Below are positions 13,268 to 27,003 of a DNA stretch of 64,000 bases, piece after piece. Position numbers and translations under genes: made by a program. The notes beneath the pieces are model-generated. The model was not told where the DNA came from. It searched no databases and saw only the letters and a program-made list of their open reading frames with translations. The stretch spans positions 124,001 to 188,000 of the forward strand of contig NW_025766959.1 of the NCBI RefSeq assembly GCF_003918875.1, read 5' to 3'. The first letter of the stretch is position 1, and each line of letters starts with the position of its first letter. This stretch comes from Haliotis rubra. Taxonomy: Eukaryota.

Positions 13268-14508
13268 CTAATGTTTCTGAAATGCTTGGAAGAGCAGACC
13301 ACAACCTTCACAGCAGGGGTCCAACAGACAGTGGACACACATTCCGTAGAACTTCTTGATGCAGCCACAGTTCAGTTCTAGGAACTTGTACATTGGCGTG
13401 ACGATCCAGATGTGGGCGAATGCGACCACAGCAAATTCACAACCCCATCGAGCAGCTATGTAGATTCCGTAGAAAAACGTGAGAAGGTTGTAGACGCAGC
13501 TCTTCCAGCAGTTGAAACACCTGAAGGAGTTGACCCACACACAGTCCAAGCTGTGGATGCCCTCTGGCTCAGCCAAGATATCCTCGAAGGTGACCTGTCG
13601 TGAGATAAAAAGTATTTAACAAACATCTCTTGTCTGAGTTCTTTTCGTCTTGTGGCAAATCCCTAGCTATTAGTAATGGACATACCAGGTATGTCTTTCA
13701 CATATTTCATTTACAAGCAGTTCATATACATTAACATCTCTACATCTGTCCCATAAAAATACAACAAAGTACACATATTTTATCAGCATTTATACACATT
13801 ATGGTCATAAGAATTATATTCTTCAGGGTGAAACACTGTAAATATTGGTGAAAATAAAAATGGTATTTTCACTGAGTAGAATAGCATGTTATTTTACTGA
13901 GTAGAATATCATTTTTGCCTGGAACTACTGGAACCCAACTACTGTAGTTGGGTTGCGTAATAAAATGCAGACTATGGTCAGAATATAATTAATAGAATAA
14001 ATTATAAATATCCTCTATTTATTCAAACCTGCTTTTGACACAAGCTACCAACAATGAATAAACACATAGTCATGAGGTCTACATGATTAAGGAAATTGTC
14101 CTTAACTGGGTATGGATAATGTATCGTATTGCTAACTGTACATTACTACGTAATTAACTTCATCAATTCAAACTCTACGGTTGTCAATCACGTGTCATGC
14201 ATGTATGGTATAGCACTATAATTATTGTTCAAGTATACTCGCCCATATACATAACAACCAAGAAACACAAAGAGCGATGGCAATGGTGATTACCCTAGCT
14301 ATCCTATCGTCATAAATTATACCTCAATCAAAGTACCTCTTTTTCTTATTTGTGTTTTACACAAAAACAGCTTCAATCATCACCTATTAATTCTTTTGCA
14401 TTCCCACGAGTTAAATCTGTTGACTAGGTTATTGATACGTTTATAGTTATTCACCTGGATGTGGTCGTTGATGTTGTTGGGATCCCTGTTGGTCAAATCA
14501 ATGTCCAT
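13268..14508 (-). CDS. Caveolin family protein, copy 2 (exons 14508-14455 and 13594-13268; 126 aa)
   Basis: Same exon 1 peptide, GT-AG phase-0 intron 14454-13595, 327-nt exon 2; protein differs from copy 1 only by I>V in HIWI(I/V)TP. Confidence 0.95.
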
Positions 14509-14579
14509 GGCTGAGCTAGGTATGTGATCAACTCCGAAGGTGTATGGTCAGCTGATGTCCTTCATTTGTGACCACAGAC

Positions 14580-14587
14580 TTTATATA
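14580..14587 (-). promoter_or_regulatory. TATA box of caveolin copy 2
   Basis: TATATAAA, paralogous to 6456-6463. Confidence 0.7.
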
Positions 14588-14857
14588 CGTCCATGTTAGT
14601 TACTGTATCTACATACACAACTGAAATCCCTGCCCAGTTACAAATAACACTTTGTAAATGAACAAAGGAACATTTCATAACAGATAATCCGAGCATTGTG
14701 CTCTTGGGGGAGCGTTTAATGCCGATATTTGTTTTGTTTGCCCGTTGTTTAACGCCGCATTGTCCAGCTATATGACGGCGGTCTGTAAACAGTCGCGTCT
14801 GAACCAGGCAATCCAGTGATTGACATGAGCCTCAATGTATACATTCGGGATATGATT

Positions 14858-15483
14858 ACAGACAGACAGACAGGTTTATTCAGGCCATGGACCAAAAACA
14901 ACGGTTACACAATTCATAATTGCACAGTCGATAGTTGCACAGTTTGATATACAATAATTTAACAGAGAAACGATGGATGGTAACCCAAGAGTAAATAAGT
15001 ATAACATGTTCATCATACTTTTCATTTTAAAGATATGATAAACACATTTAGTAGTTTGTACCATGTTCACAAACTTTACCATACTAGGTCTGGCAATAGC
15101 ATGCTTTGGTAGATAACGATTCCTTATACTTAAATATTTTGGACAAATGAGCAGGATATGGTATTCATCTTCAAGATCGTTCACACAAATAGGACACAGT
15201 CGGTCCTGTAATGGTGTTTTAAGGCGTAGTCCATCTGCCCTTTTCAATCATCAGTGTATGTGAACTCAATCTGAACCGTGTAAGAGCAATTCTATATTTC
15301 CTTAAATCAATATGTACTAGATACTTTTCAAAATTTAAACGATCTTTAATTTGCAAATATAATCTAGTTTCACTCAAGGAATTTAAATCCTTTTTGCACA
15401 TCTGAGAGTAAATGTTATAGATACGCTGTTTAAATTCTGCTATAAATCCATGGTAATTACTGAATCCTTGAGAAACCCAAGGC
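14858..15483 (-). mobile_element. 5'-truncated non-LTR retrotransposon (RTE-X-like 3' end)
   Basis: FKQRIY..RFRLSSHTLMIEKGRW / DRLCPICVNDLEDEYHILLICPKY; ends in AATAAA plus a (TGTC)n tail; splits a SINE-B copy. Confidence 0.8.
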
Positions 15484-15904
15484 ACCGAGCCTGCCCACCC
15501 AATAATGAGAATTTGTCGCCTCTTACAACAAGCATGGGTTGCTGAAGACCATTTCTAAATCGGATCTTCACGAGAATGCCTGAATGCAAATAGGCTATAT
15601 CGCTTATATTGGTAATCATTCATTATAAATTGTAACCAAAATACAAAATTTGGTCGATCAAGGAATTTATTCAAATGCCATAAATAATAAACATCCACCA
15701 TTAGTTATGCACGAGTCACATATTGTGTTAACATCACACAAATTCTCCAGTAAAATTGCATTTATGTCTCTTCTTGGGAATTAGACGAGTAATGGGGACA
15801 AGCTGAGCTAGTTTTACTTACCTACTTGTGGCTCTTGGATTACAGTATTTCATAATGTTTCATAACTGGAAGTCGAGCATGTCTACACGATTTCATGCAC
15901 GCAT

Positions 15905-16297
15905 GGAGTCAGCCTAACTGACTGGTGTATGTCATACGTAGATCAATGCTCATGAGGTAATTCACTGGGTTGTCTGGTCCATACTCGATTGTATTGTTTG
16001 ATTGTTGTTTGTTCTTTAACGCCGCACACAGCAGTATTCCAGCTATATCGCGGCAGTCTGTAAATAGTCCAGCCTGGACCAGACCAATCAAGTGATCAAC
16101 AGCATGAGGATCGATCTACCCAACTGAGATACGATGACATGTTTCAACCAACTCAGCGAGCCTGAACTCCCGATCCTGTTAGTCGTCTGTTCCGTCAAGC
16201 ACAGGTTAACCCGGATTTTCACAGGTATCGATTATATGTAAACCGCCATCGTATTGCTTGGTTGTGACCAAGTGTGCCGTTAAGCAACAAACAAACA
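15905..16297. mobile_element. Nested family-B copies in opposite orientations
   Basis: A minus copy (about 15995-16225) sits inside a plus copy (15905-15990 and 16226-16297). Confidence 0.7.
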
Positions 16298-18189
16298 TGA
16301 TCGAATGTAAGGCAGGAACCTGGGTGCTTTAATTTGATGTTTTAATTTAAATGTTGATGAAGAGGGGTCCAGATGGACTGGATGAAAGTATATGCATGTG
16401 TCTGCTTATATGTGAAGACAAATCTAGATTATCTCCCTTGTTTGCTCTTAGCCATGAAGTTGGGGAATACTGTCTGGAAATACGGACTTTCGTTTGATTG
16501 TTGAAAATATTCAATACTTACATTTTTGTTTGATTGTGCTACCGTATTCTTTGCGACATATTATGTGTATTATGAGTCAATATTGATCAGATAAAACCAA
16601 GACGTGCATATAGTGGGTTCAATATTTCAAAACAATGTCTGCTTGCTTCCATTGTTGGCTATACTCATTCCTTAAAGGAAAACACTGAAAATAGTACTTC
16701 ATTCTTTATGTACTGCACATCTGCAGACGAACAAAACTTGAGGTGCCTAAATATCTGAAGTTTTCCGATTAACTTTGGACATTTCTATGGAAACTAAATA
16801 TATATCCGCCGATTCACTAAGATGGTCGAGGAGGATGGAGGCGACAACGGGTGAGTGCGTTTAACAACAAAAGACAAAAGTAGGAGGGTAGTAGCGAATT
16901 CCGGCCACAATCGGTTACCGTCCCTACTCATTTACACCTTTGGGCCCCGTGGAATTAGCGCTGTTGAATATATAGGGTATCCCATTCATTGTTGTAACAA
17001 AATTTCAAACAGATTTTATTATTTTTTCTCAAAGCTCTGCGTTGAAACGATATTGGTTTTATTCGTGCTGGACTGCATGGATATCGATGTTGCCTTGTTG
17101 GTTACTACTGCAATATCATGGTAATACGGAAACCCTGTCCATTGTTGTGTTGTATTTCAGGCATCTCATTCAGCCATATATCAGGGTAGATCAGTCATCA
17201 CTTGGGATGTTTCCTAAATCTAAAAGCTTTGTTACTGCCTTACAAACCATTTTGAAGACACAAAGTCAACCTTATTTCTATGACTATAAAGTAAACCAAT
17301 CCTCCGAGAACCCGGTTAAGAGAGATCGATTTTCAAAAATCATTACATCTATTCAGTGAAAGCAGAAACCGTTCGCGTAGCAGTGATACAAAGGCAGATG
17401 ATGTCACAATGTAAAAATGCACATTTTTGCTGTCAACGCATCTGTCCAGCGACAAATACCGGATACGCCAACAAAACATTGCTGCATCGAAGGTGTCATG
17501 CGTTTGATTGTCTAATTTGAATCCTGATGGTCATCACACCACCCCCACTACACTGACAGTTCCTCTTTCATACGCTTGAACTTTCACCTTCGTGTTCACA
17601 TACGATGCCAACTTTATATCAGCTACCAGCAGCCAACCCCGCTCTGATCAGTGATTGCATCTCATCCTCCAAATTTGCCAACTGCTCATCATGCTGTCCC
17701 ATCTCAATCTCAATCAATTTTACACGCTGGTGTTGAGTTGACATTCCACGGTAGGGTCCACACTTTTTGTCGACTAACAAGCTGTCCGATGTCCGGGTGG
17801 GTTTATGCCCGGACTGTCGACAACAAGAAATAATCCGTCCAAATTACTTGTCGACAGTCCGGGAAAAGGGAGGTGATGTTCTACATGAGTGACTTCACTC
17901 CCAGTGTCATCGAAATTAACAAACCAATTAAAACAGAGTGTGATATATATAGTAGACAATATATTTATTCAGTCAATATAACAACATGCATGTATCATGC
18001 ATGTATCATATGTCACACAATATAACATATTTGTATATATATTTCATAAAGCTCACACAATATATTTGTGTGTGTGTTTTATATAAATAAGTGATTTCTG
18101 CAGGTGTGTAAGTAATAAATATATAAAAGATGAGTCCAGCTATTTCTTCTTGCCAAAACTCCTTTATATCTGCTCTAAAGTAATATAAA

Positions 18190-18535
18190 TGTTCAGCCAA
18201 GATGAAGCAACTCTGACACATGGTCTGTGTAATGCAAGTCAGTAAGTCTGTCTACAAGAAGGTCGGCCTTCAAGGATCGAATCCTAGCGTCGATCTCTCT
18301 GCTGTCCTTGGATCTGCTGAATTTTTACTTCAGTAGATGACTGTTCTTTTTGTACCATTCGCACAACCTAAAATACATTCGGATGTGTCTTCATGGCAGA
18401 ATTGTTGATTTTGTTGTGCCAACCTTCCAAATTATTGTTAGTTCTGTGTCCATCATTTTCAAAATGATTCCAAGTTGGCAGTGTCCATGGCCCTTCTACC
18501 TAGGTGGTAGTAACGTAATCCATCAGCTGTGTCGT
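18190..18535 (-). mobile_element. Mutator-like (MULE) transposase C-terminal fragment
   Basis: Minus-strand translation with stops: ..WTLPTWNHFENDGHRTNNNLEGWHNKINN..THPNVF.., the RTNNxxEGWH motif typical of MULE transposases. Confidence 0.75.
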
Positions 18536-19473
18536 CTGAGTCCTTCTCTAACTGTCAGCCGTGAAACGTGTCACGATCGTTTTTCTTTTCCTTTCTTTTT
18601 TTTTATATTGTCATGCGTGAATCTTAGCTTCACAATACTTCACTGCTGCTGCTGCTGACTAAAGAAGCATTGTTTATGTAACACTCACTCACTCATATCT
18701 TTGGGCAAGGCAGTGAGCATACTTTCCTACAGTAATATCAAAGCATACAAAAAAACAGATTTCCGAAACGGTGAAACGAAACGAAACGGTGTTCGGCTTG
18801 ATTTAACCACTGAGCTACAGTACCCTATCTACGTATCACTTATATTTGGTGACTATTAATGTTTAATTCGGATTTGTTGGTACTGCAAGAAGGTAACGCA
18901 TCCTCATCTAGAGTGAGCTTAAAGATTTTCGTAACAAAACTGTGCTGCAAAACTGTCATTATGGACATTAACCAGTGAATTGTTCACCTGAGGAAGCAAT
19001 ATATCAAGGACTGGTTACCCAGAACTGGTTAATTGTATGTCGCTCAAACTACTGACACCCCGTCATATACCTGAAGTAATGGTCAACACAGATGAAAACC
19101 CACACAACTCACTTCTCAAATTCACTTTGAGAAATTCTTTAAATAGAAAACAAACATAAAAGGTACGTTTTCAAGATTTGTCTTCACGTTTTATTATCAT
19201 GGCAACTGAAATTACCTTTATGAATATATATTGTAGAAAAGTGTGTGGATTACTAATGCCGTTTTCAGTAATCATAACTGTCTTCAGTTCTCTTAAAATT
19301 CATTAATAGCCCACCTCAGAGCAGAAAACGATAACGTTTCTCTGTGTAATTCGTGGTTTCGAAACTATAGGAAGTGTACGTGTTCCACATGAATTCTGAC
19401 AATGTTCAAATACCATCTAACCACAGCAGAGACGATCATGTATAAAGGATCTATGTGAGGTTTCCCCTATGGT

Positions 19474-20618
19474 CTAATGTTTCTGAAATGCTTGGAAGAG
19501 CAGGCCACAACCTTCACAGCAGGGATCCAACAGACAGTGGACACACATTCCGTAGAACTTCTTGATGCAGCCACAGTTCAGTTCCAGGAACTTGTACATT
19601 GGCGTGACGATCCAGATGTGGGCGAATGCGACCACAGCAAATTCACAACCCCATCGAGCAGCTATGTAGATTCCGTAGAAAAACGTGAGAAGGTTGTAGA
19701 CGCAGCTCTTCCAGCAGTTGAAACACCTGAAGGAGTTGACCCACACACAGTCTAAGCTGTGGATGCCCTCTGGCTCAGCCAAGATATCCTCGAAGGTAAC
19801 CTGGTTTATAAACGAAATAATTTATATGCAGTATATTATTGCTTGTTATTCTTATTGTCTGATGAGCGATTGTATTTTTGCCATCTCGAACAGTTTCATG
19901 TAGGAAGTCAGTAAACGTGGAAAGTAATTAGTCTCGTTCTCACCGGTTATATACTGTAATATGGTTGAACCAGGGTGAAGGCTTTATGGATATACGGGCA
20001 TATCTTTATTCATATTTGATATCCGTAAAACTTTCCCCGTTGTTCATCGCACTAACTCCTATACGTCAAAGAAGTTACTACATGGTTGAACAATATTACA
20101 ACTATGGATGTATCTCTGTTTCATTAAGTTATGAACTACAAATATCTTGTATTGAGGACAAAACAGTTTCGTATCTCAATTTTATAAGATAGATTAATAT
20201 ACGCTTATGGTACCCGTGATAAGGAGGGATTCGTTCTCTTTGAGTATGAAATATGCGTGACAGCTTTGCCAAATTTAGAAGATCCAAGATTAAGTCGTGT
20301 GCTTTAACAAAACCTTTTCGAGCTGTAATGGTTATCGTGTAAGTCATCATGGCATATTATAGCTGTTATCACTACTACATGTCTATAACTAAGTATGCAT
20401 GTATCCTTTACCAACGATAATAGTTGATACCAACAGTTAATCTTGAATGTACATCATAAATTCATAGCCAAAAGAGGCACGGAAATCTTCCTTTCAACCT
20501 AGCAGATGATGATGATGTCGCTAATTTCATTTATATTTGTTAATGATATTTTACGAAATATTACCTGGATATGGTCGTTGATGTTGTTGGGATCCCTGTT
20601 GGTCAAATCAATGTCCAT
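19474..20618 (-). CDS. Caveolin family protein, copy 3 (exons 20618-20565 and 19800-19474; 126 aa)
   Basis: Exon 1 MDIDLTNRDPNNINDHIQ, GT-AG intron 20564-19801, exon 2 protein identical to copy 2. Confidence 0.95.
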
Positions 20619-20691
20619 GGCTGAGCTAGGTATGTGGTCAACTCCGAAAGTGTATGGTCAGGTGATGTCCTTTTAATTTGTGACCACACAC

Positions 20692-20699
20692 TTTATATG
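20692..20699 (-). promoter_or_regulatory. TATA-like box of caveolin copy 3
   Basis: CATATAAA at the paralogous position. Confidence 0.6.
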
Positions 20700-21662
20700 C
20701 GTCCATGTTAGTGATTGTATCCATGGACACAACTGTAATCCCTGCCTAGTTACTTATGAACACTTTGTAAACAGTGGTCCGGGATTATTACGTAAGTCAG
20801 GGCATGTACTTCTGTGTTAACAGAGTACTTTGGACGGTAGTGTGGAGGCAACAACATGTAATGTATTTGTTTTGCCGTTGCGATGTCTTCTACCATCTTA
20901 CCATGAAAATTTGCAAACGGATTGTTCAGTTTTGATTTGGATTTAAAAAAAATAAATTGCAATCCACTGTCACGACATTTTAGTTTCTAGATTTCGGCTC
21001 AGTGAAAGAGACATCTGGTTTTGAGCCAAGCATAAAAACTCTAATCTCCATACTAAATCCTCCCTCCTCCCTCCCAATCAGAGAATATCTCAAATGGTAT
21101 AACGCTTTAAATATTTAACAGTTGTCGTCTATACATTATAATTACTGATATATCGTTTACTTAATTCAGATAGTCAACCTATAAACTGGACGTTACGCTA
21201 CCCACAGCATCAGTGGGTGTTTAGGTGATCCTGCAACAAGATAAGGGGATTAATCAACAATCCGTGTAATTAGCTCGTTATGTATAGCTGTTCACAACAT
21301 GCCGGTAAGTCAAGCTACCGAGTCACTGATATTGTTCGATACAGGCCTAATGTGTGGATGACGTCACCAGGACATTTCCCTGGATTATGATCTACGGTCC
21401 CAGTGTATGGGCGATTGAACGTCTACAACTTTCTGTCGTGGGCTGGAGATTTCGTACTTAATATGATCGATCCACATAACACTAACTAAAATAAGTGGTA
21501 GAGTGATATTGATTAAATAGCAACAGAGCTCATACCAAACGGACAAAGCAAGTAACAGAATAAAGTCAGAACTTTCTTCTTTACAGTCTGATATATGAGT
21601 ACATAATAATTGATACCTTTTCGTCTGTATCCGCAACCAAAACCCAAGCCCCACCCTAGTAT

Positions 21663-22740
21663 ATAGTACTCAAAGTTTGTTAAGGATCACATTTTCCGAA
21701 TGTGACAATAAACATCTCACTGACAAATACAAAAGTACCATGGATATAAACTTGCAAAGAAATGTTTAATTGAAAGGAAATTGTTGTCAAGTGTTGATGA
21801 AGAGGCCACACTAACACGAGATTTCATACACAAGGTGATTATGACAGCAACCAACAATCTCCAAATCACGGATCAAGTCATTGATCACGACACAACAGCT
21901 GTCAATAGCGGTTATGGGATCCATGACATGCGGTTACAGACTGGCACCGTCTTCTCACGCCAAAAGAAGATTGTTCCACTCATGGCGGAGAGCAATTCCA
22001 AGTTCTTGGAGAGGACCTGGATACACAGGACGACGTGAGATGGAAACCTGAAGCATGTTCCAAATGTGTTCCATCGGGTTGAGGTCCGGTGAACGAGCTG
22101 GCCACTCCATACAGATAATTGTCTCTTGCTTAAGGTACAGCATCAACCACCTTGGCACGATGAGGTCGTGCATCATCGTCCATGAGGATGAAGTCAGGAC
22201 CAACTGCACTAGCAAACAGGATCAATCACACCCAGGATCTCATCCCTGTAACGCACACCTGTCATCATGGCACTCACTATCACATGGAGAACAGTACTCC
22301 CATCCCTGCTGATACCTTCCCAAACCATTAATGAGCCAGCTCCCCCATCAGTCATGTGCGGCTACGTTAACATCATGAAATCGCCCCGCTGCGCTTCGCC
22401 ACATCCGTGCCCGTCGCTCGGTGAAGTCCACACAGTACCTTGAATTGTCTGTGAAGTGTACGGATGCCCAATCATTGACTGTCCATTAGACACTCCAAAC
22501 CGGTGACGCCGGGTAAGAGGGGTGCGAATGAATGCCCTCCTTGTCCGAAGACGAGCCTCCCGAAGACGATTACGGATAGTCTGAGTGGAAACGTTCAATG
22601 CAGTGGCATTCCGCAGTTCATTTCGTAGAGTGGTTGCCGTCACCTCCTCAGAACGGAGGAAACTGTGGTTATCATGTATCACGTGCATATGGTGTCCGTC
22701 ACAGGATGCTTTTCCCTGCTTTACGTGCTAGTGTGGCTCC
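21663..22740 (-). mobile_element. Decayed Tc1-like transposase
   Basis: ORFs with LNVSTQTIRNRLREARLR and MEWPARSPDLNPMEHIWN; boundaries approximate. Confidence 0.85.
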
Positions 22741-25129
22741 AGGGCGATTGGTGTATTCACAGACTTGAATAATGTGCTGGTCAGTTATTATTTTCATTCT
22801 ATTGGGTCTCCAGGCAAACCTCTTTTGTCGTTATAACTTATAGCCTACGAGCTCGTATTTTAAGCATAAACACAGCAATATAGTTGTTTCAGTTCTCTCA
22901 TGCTGAAATACATGGATATGCTTGGTTAGTAAAAAAACTTCCATGTGTTCAAATATATTGTGATACAGAAAGAGAAACATGGTTAATACATGTGCCCACA
23001 AGATGGCTTCTAAAAAACAATGTTTCGGGAACAGCTTCCAGAAGGCCCTGTACTGTAAGGAAAGATGAGTTGTGCCAGTGTTCAGGCAGACTCGATTGTG
23101 TGATTTTTCATTTGATTAATATTGAACTACGTGTAAATGCGAAGAACTTCCGACATAATCGTTATGGCTTTTACACACGACACTCACTATAAAAAAAACT
23201 TAGTATATGTATACCTAAAAACACGAACAGCTCTGGATAATATATTTATTAAGGATGTATGATTAAAAAACACACCAAATGCGTTCGTAATATTACGAAA
23301 TCAAATGCCATGGTTAATAGTATAAAGTTGTTGTCCCTTTTTTGAGAGAGATATAATACGTATACTTGGAATGATTTTCGGCGTGCTTCAGTTTTCATGA
23401 TAATAGTAGGTCGGCTGTTGTTAATGAACCTTTGAGCAAATTATCTATCTGTTTCTATTGTTCTACCGGTGTTAGACAAGTTTGTATACTTATTCCCTTC
23501 CTTTTCTCAACATTTCTCATAGATCTTGCTCAAGCTGCGGATGCCATCTTTGACTTATATCCTTTATACTGTATATGGCATAATAGCTGAAACAATACGA
23601 CTTTCCCCAAGGTCTTTAGACGGACGTTGAAATGCTAGTCACTTGCAATTATTTCGTGATTATATATAGATTTCTCTCACAAATAGCTTCTATAGCGTTT
23701 CCTGAACAAACACATTTTGCAACCGAATCCCGTTTAAGAAAATATGGCATACCTCCAACTGATTCATTTGAAAGATTGAAATGAAACGTGTATCAATGCT
23801 GATTTGTGGTGAAGTGGAGAAAGTTGAAAGAAATAGAAATTAGAACTATAGAAAAAGTCAATTTGTAAGTTTCTTCTGAACGTTCTCAAAAAGATTACTT
23901 ATGTTGCAGTCTTTCTTCAATGTGGTAGTCATCCGTTACGCGTTAGATATCATTCAATTTGTGTTAAATACTGGTTGAAATCAATAGTGGTGCCAGGCTG
24001 ATCCCATTGCCATGGATTACTGATTTCGTAGATCGGATTCTGCGCGTTATTTGTCAGTTTTGATGACATTATTCAATTTTGATTAAGTAAAGTAAACAAC
24101 GATATATTCATTCACTGAAATAACCTAAACCTCATAACTAATCATTTTGATAGATTCTGAAGATAATGACTACGTGTATTTGCTGCCGTGGGTATCCATA
24201 CTGCATTTAATTAAAGAATGCCACTCTATCAGACTGAATAAATTATGAAGAAACTGTAAAATACCTGTGTCTGCGTTGTGTGTATGAAGCGCACGTAAAC
24301 AACTAAGCGGCTGTCCAGGCGCATGCGACTGGTGCACACGTTTCCAGGTGCGGCATTAAACAACAAGCAAAACGAAGACAATTTCTAAGCATCCTCGAAT
24401 AACATTAACATTTGATGTACAGATTGTATTCTTTCCCCCGAGTCAGATAGGTAAGTCGCTTTCTAGAACAACATATACACCATTTGAATTGATCCAATGT
24501 GAATAGGGAAGTAAATTCTTCACTTGCAATTAAAATATATGTTCTTAATAAGCATGATTTCTTATTGTCAGTTTTTGAAAAGACATCCGTAACCTAAGAA
24601 ATTAACACATGGGCCTTAATGGATTACCTGCTGATTACAGACATATCCAAAGAAGCTCTACCAATGATGTTTCACAACACGCAACAATTCCAAAAGTTTA
24701 TTTCCAGAAAGTTGTGTTGAATCAAATTTACAAAATCACATTGTTACTAATGATATCCTCAATTTGACTACTGATGAAATAACCCTGTCATACACATCAC
24801 AAATATTACCGTCAAGTCCAACTATTTACTACCCACTTAAGTGTTATATTTACGACTCCTCATTGAGATGGAAAGGACATAAATGTTGTTGACAAGGCTT
24901 GGAGGAGGTAATGACATTCGCCTGTAGATAGCAAGACCCTCCTGTGCTGGTTCGAGATGTTTTCATTTCTAAATGAGAATAACATCTTCGAGGTTGCCGT
25001 CCAACACCCCGACTACATATCTCAGCATGTTATCCGCTTCAGATATAGGCCTTGGTTATACAAGCGTCGGCTCCTTCATAGAATCATTTACAGTTCCTTA
25101 AAAACAGATCTTCCTTTTACACCTTCAGA

Positions 25130-26121
25130 ATGGACGCTAGTTTAGACCGGGACAACAACATCATGTCAAGGTAAGAGTCAGAATACAGTGATAGCAAATT
25201 GGAAGAATGGCAAAGTGCAGGTAAATTCACGTTATGCATAAAAATCTAGGGCATCTATTTTACGTTGAACTTCAAATGATTGCCTGTAACAATTTCAGTT
25301 TAACTTTAAGGCACCTGACGGTTAACGTTAATGGATGGATGGGTGAATGGAAGGATGGATTGGATGGATGGATGGATGGATGGATAGATGGATGTGTGGG
25401 TGGGTGGCTGGCTGGCTGGCTAAATGGATATAGATGGATGGGTGAGTGAATGGGTGGAATGGATTTGTTCTATATTTTCCCCTGACGCCAAACAACTTCA
25501 ACTTGTCAAACGGGATAAGTGTTTTACGACGCACACAATCCACTGACGAGGAGACATTCAGCGACTATGCTAAATCACGGTCGCGTGTGTTCTATAGTAA
25601 ACTGAAAGAGTGGGTATTGTTTTAATTATGAAATCTGGACATAAAGATGCGTACTGGCGCCTCAACAATGTTACAGCCAAGAAATCCAATGTCTGTCAAT
25701 GTCCCCCTGAGCTCAGTGTTAAATGTAAAGCTTTAGTGAAGATTTTGACAGTGAAGATGCATTGCATTTTGCTTGCTGTTTTGATTAATTCCTTTGCATT
25801 CAGGTAACGTTACGGACTTCTGCGCTGAGCCTGGTTCTTACAGCTCCTTGTGTGTATGGAGCTTCTCCTACCTGTGTTTTCCTGTGTAACAGGCACCTAC
25901 ACAAGCTCCGGACACTGTTTTGTGGTTTATGCATTGCCATGGACTGGGGCTGTGAGTTCGCTTGGGTTAGATTTACCCACATTTGGTTTATATCCCTTTA
26001 TTGCAACATATTGGAGCTTAACTGTAGCTGCCTACAGAAGATATACGGAGTGGGTGTGCATTGTGCAGTAGATCCTTGCTGTGATGCATTTGGCATTATA
26101 TTATATGCATTTAGAAAGTGA
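25130..26121 (+). pseudogene. Caveolin pseudogene (exon-1 relic 25130-25170, exon-2 relic 25804-26121)
   Basis: Exon 1 MDASLDRDNNI then frameshifted HVK before GTAAG donor (41 nt, out of phase; splicing gives an immediate TAA). Exon 2 is split over frames: DFCAEPGSYSSLCVWSFSYLCF then ..TLFCGLCIAMDWGCEFAWVRFTHIW..ELNCSC..DPCC..FRK*. Confidence 0.85.
25331..25462. repeat. (GGAT/GGCT)n microsatellite in the pseudogene intron
   Basis: Seen directly. Confidence 0.9.
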
Positions 26122-26198
26122 TGAAGACAGACATGTCTCACGACTTATTTCTGAAGACAATTTCTTAGAAATGGATGCAATTTGCTCATTCTTCTTTT

Positions 26199-26208
26199 GT
26201 GTGTGTGT

Positions 26209-26269
<61 letters not shown>

Positions 26270-26288
26270 AGTGTGTGTCTCTGTGTGT
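26199..26288. repeat. (GT)n microsatellite
   Basis: Seen directly. Confidence 0.95.
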
Positions 26289-27003
26289 ATGTGCCTTCGT
26301 AGGTATGTGAGCAGGTATGTGTGATGCACCATTTTCTGTGTAAGTGTGTGATTGTGTGTGTTCCCTGTGAGTCTGTGTTACCTGAACAACATACAAGTTA
26401 TGGTCATGGAGAGAGTGTGATTTTACGCCGCGTTTAGCCTCTTCCAGGTATATCAATGCCGGAGACACCTGAAATTGTATCCATGAAGGAAATCTAATCC
26501 GAGCCTTTGGCGCAAGTGACCGGTTCGGTCTTCAGGCGAGCTCGCCGCCCGCTGCCAATCAAGGTAAAGACAAAAAGTATTTATTTGGTGTTGAACTGGG
26601 TGGCAATGCCTTACACACAGAATGATGGGTTTATCGTGGTAAATGCGTTTCCTATTTGTCGTCCAGGTCACCTACGTGTTTCAATTTATTTCAACACAAT
26701 GACATTTGACATGCGCACAAGGTATGTGCTGTCAATAAACCAGTAATATCTACCTTATCTCTTACTACACGAATGTGATTTAAGTGGCCGGTTGAGATAC
26801 GGGCTTGTACTCAAAGGAACCACTTGATACGAATCTGAAACTAAGCCAAATAGATTTAGCATCTACGTAAGTTCAAGTTCCGACATGGTACAAGCACTGT
26901 TGTTCTATTGCTAAGCTACAGTAGGTACTCAATGTTACAACCCTGCATGGTGTGCAACTGACTCCTGCAGTAAAGGGCCACTAGCTCCCACCGGAACGAC
27001 ACG

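Noticed and set aside
19858-19910. CTGATGAG..CTCGAAC hammerhead-like core in the copy 3 intron
   Set aside because: GAAC instead of GAAA and no convincing stems.
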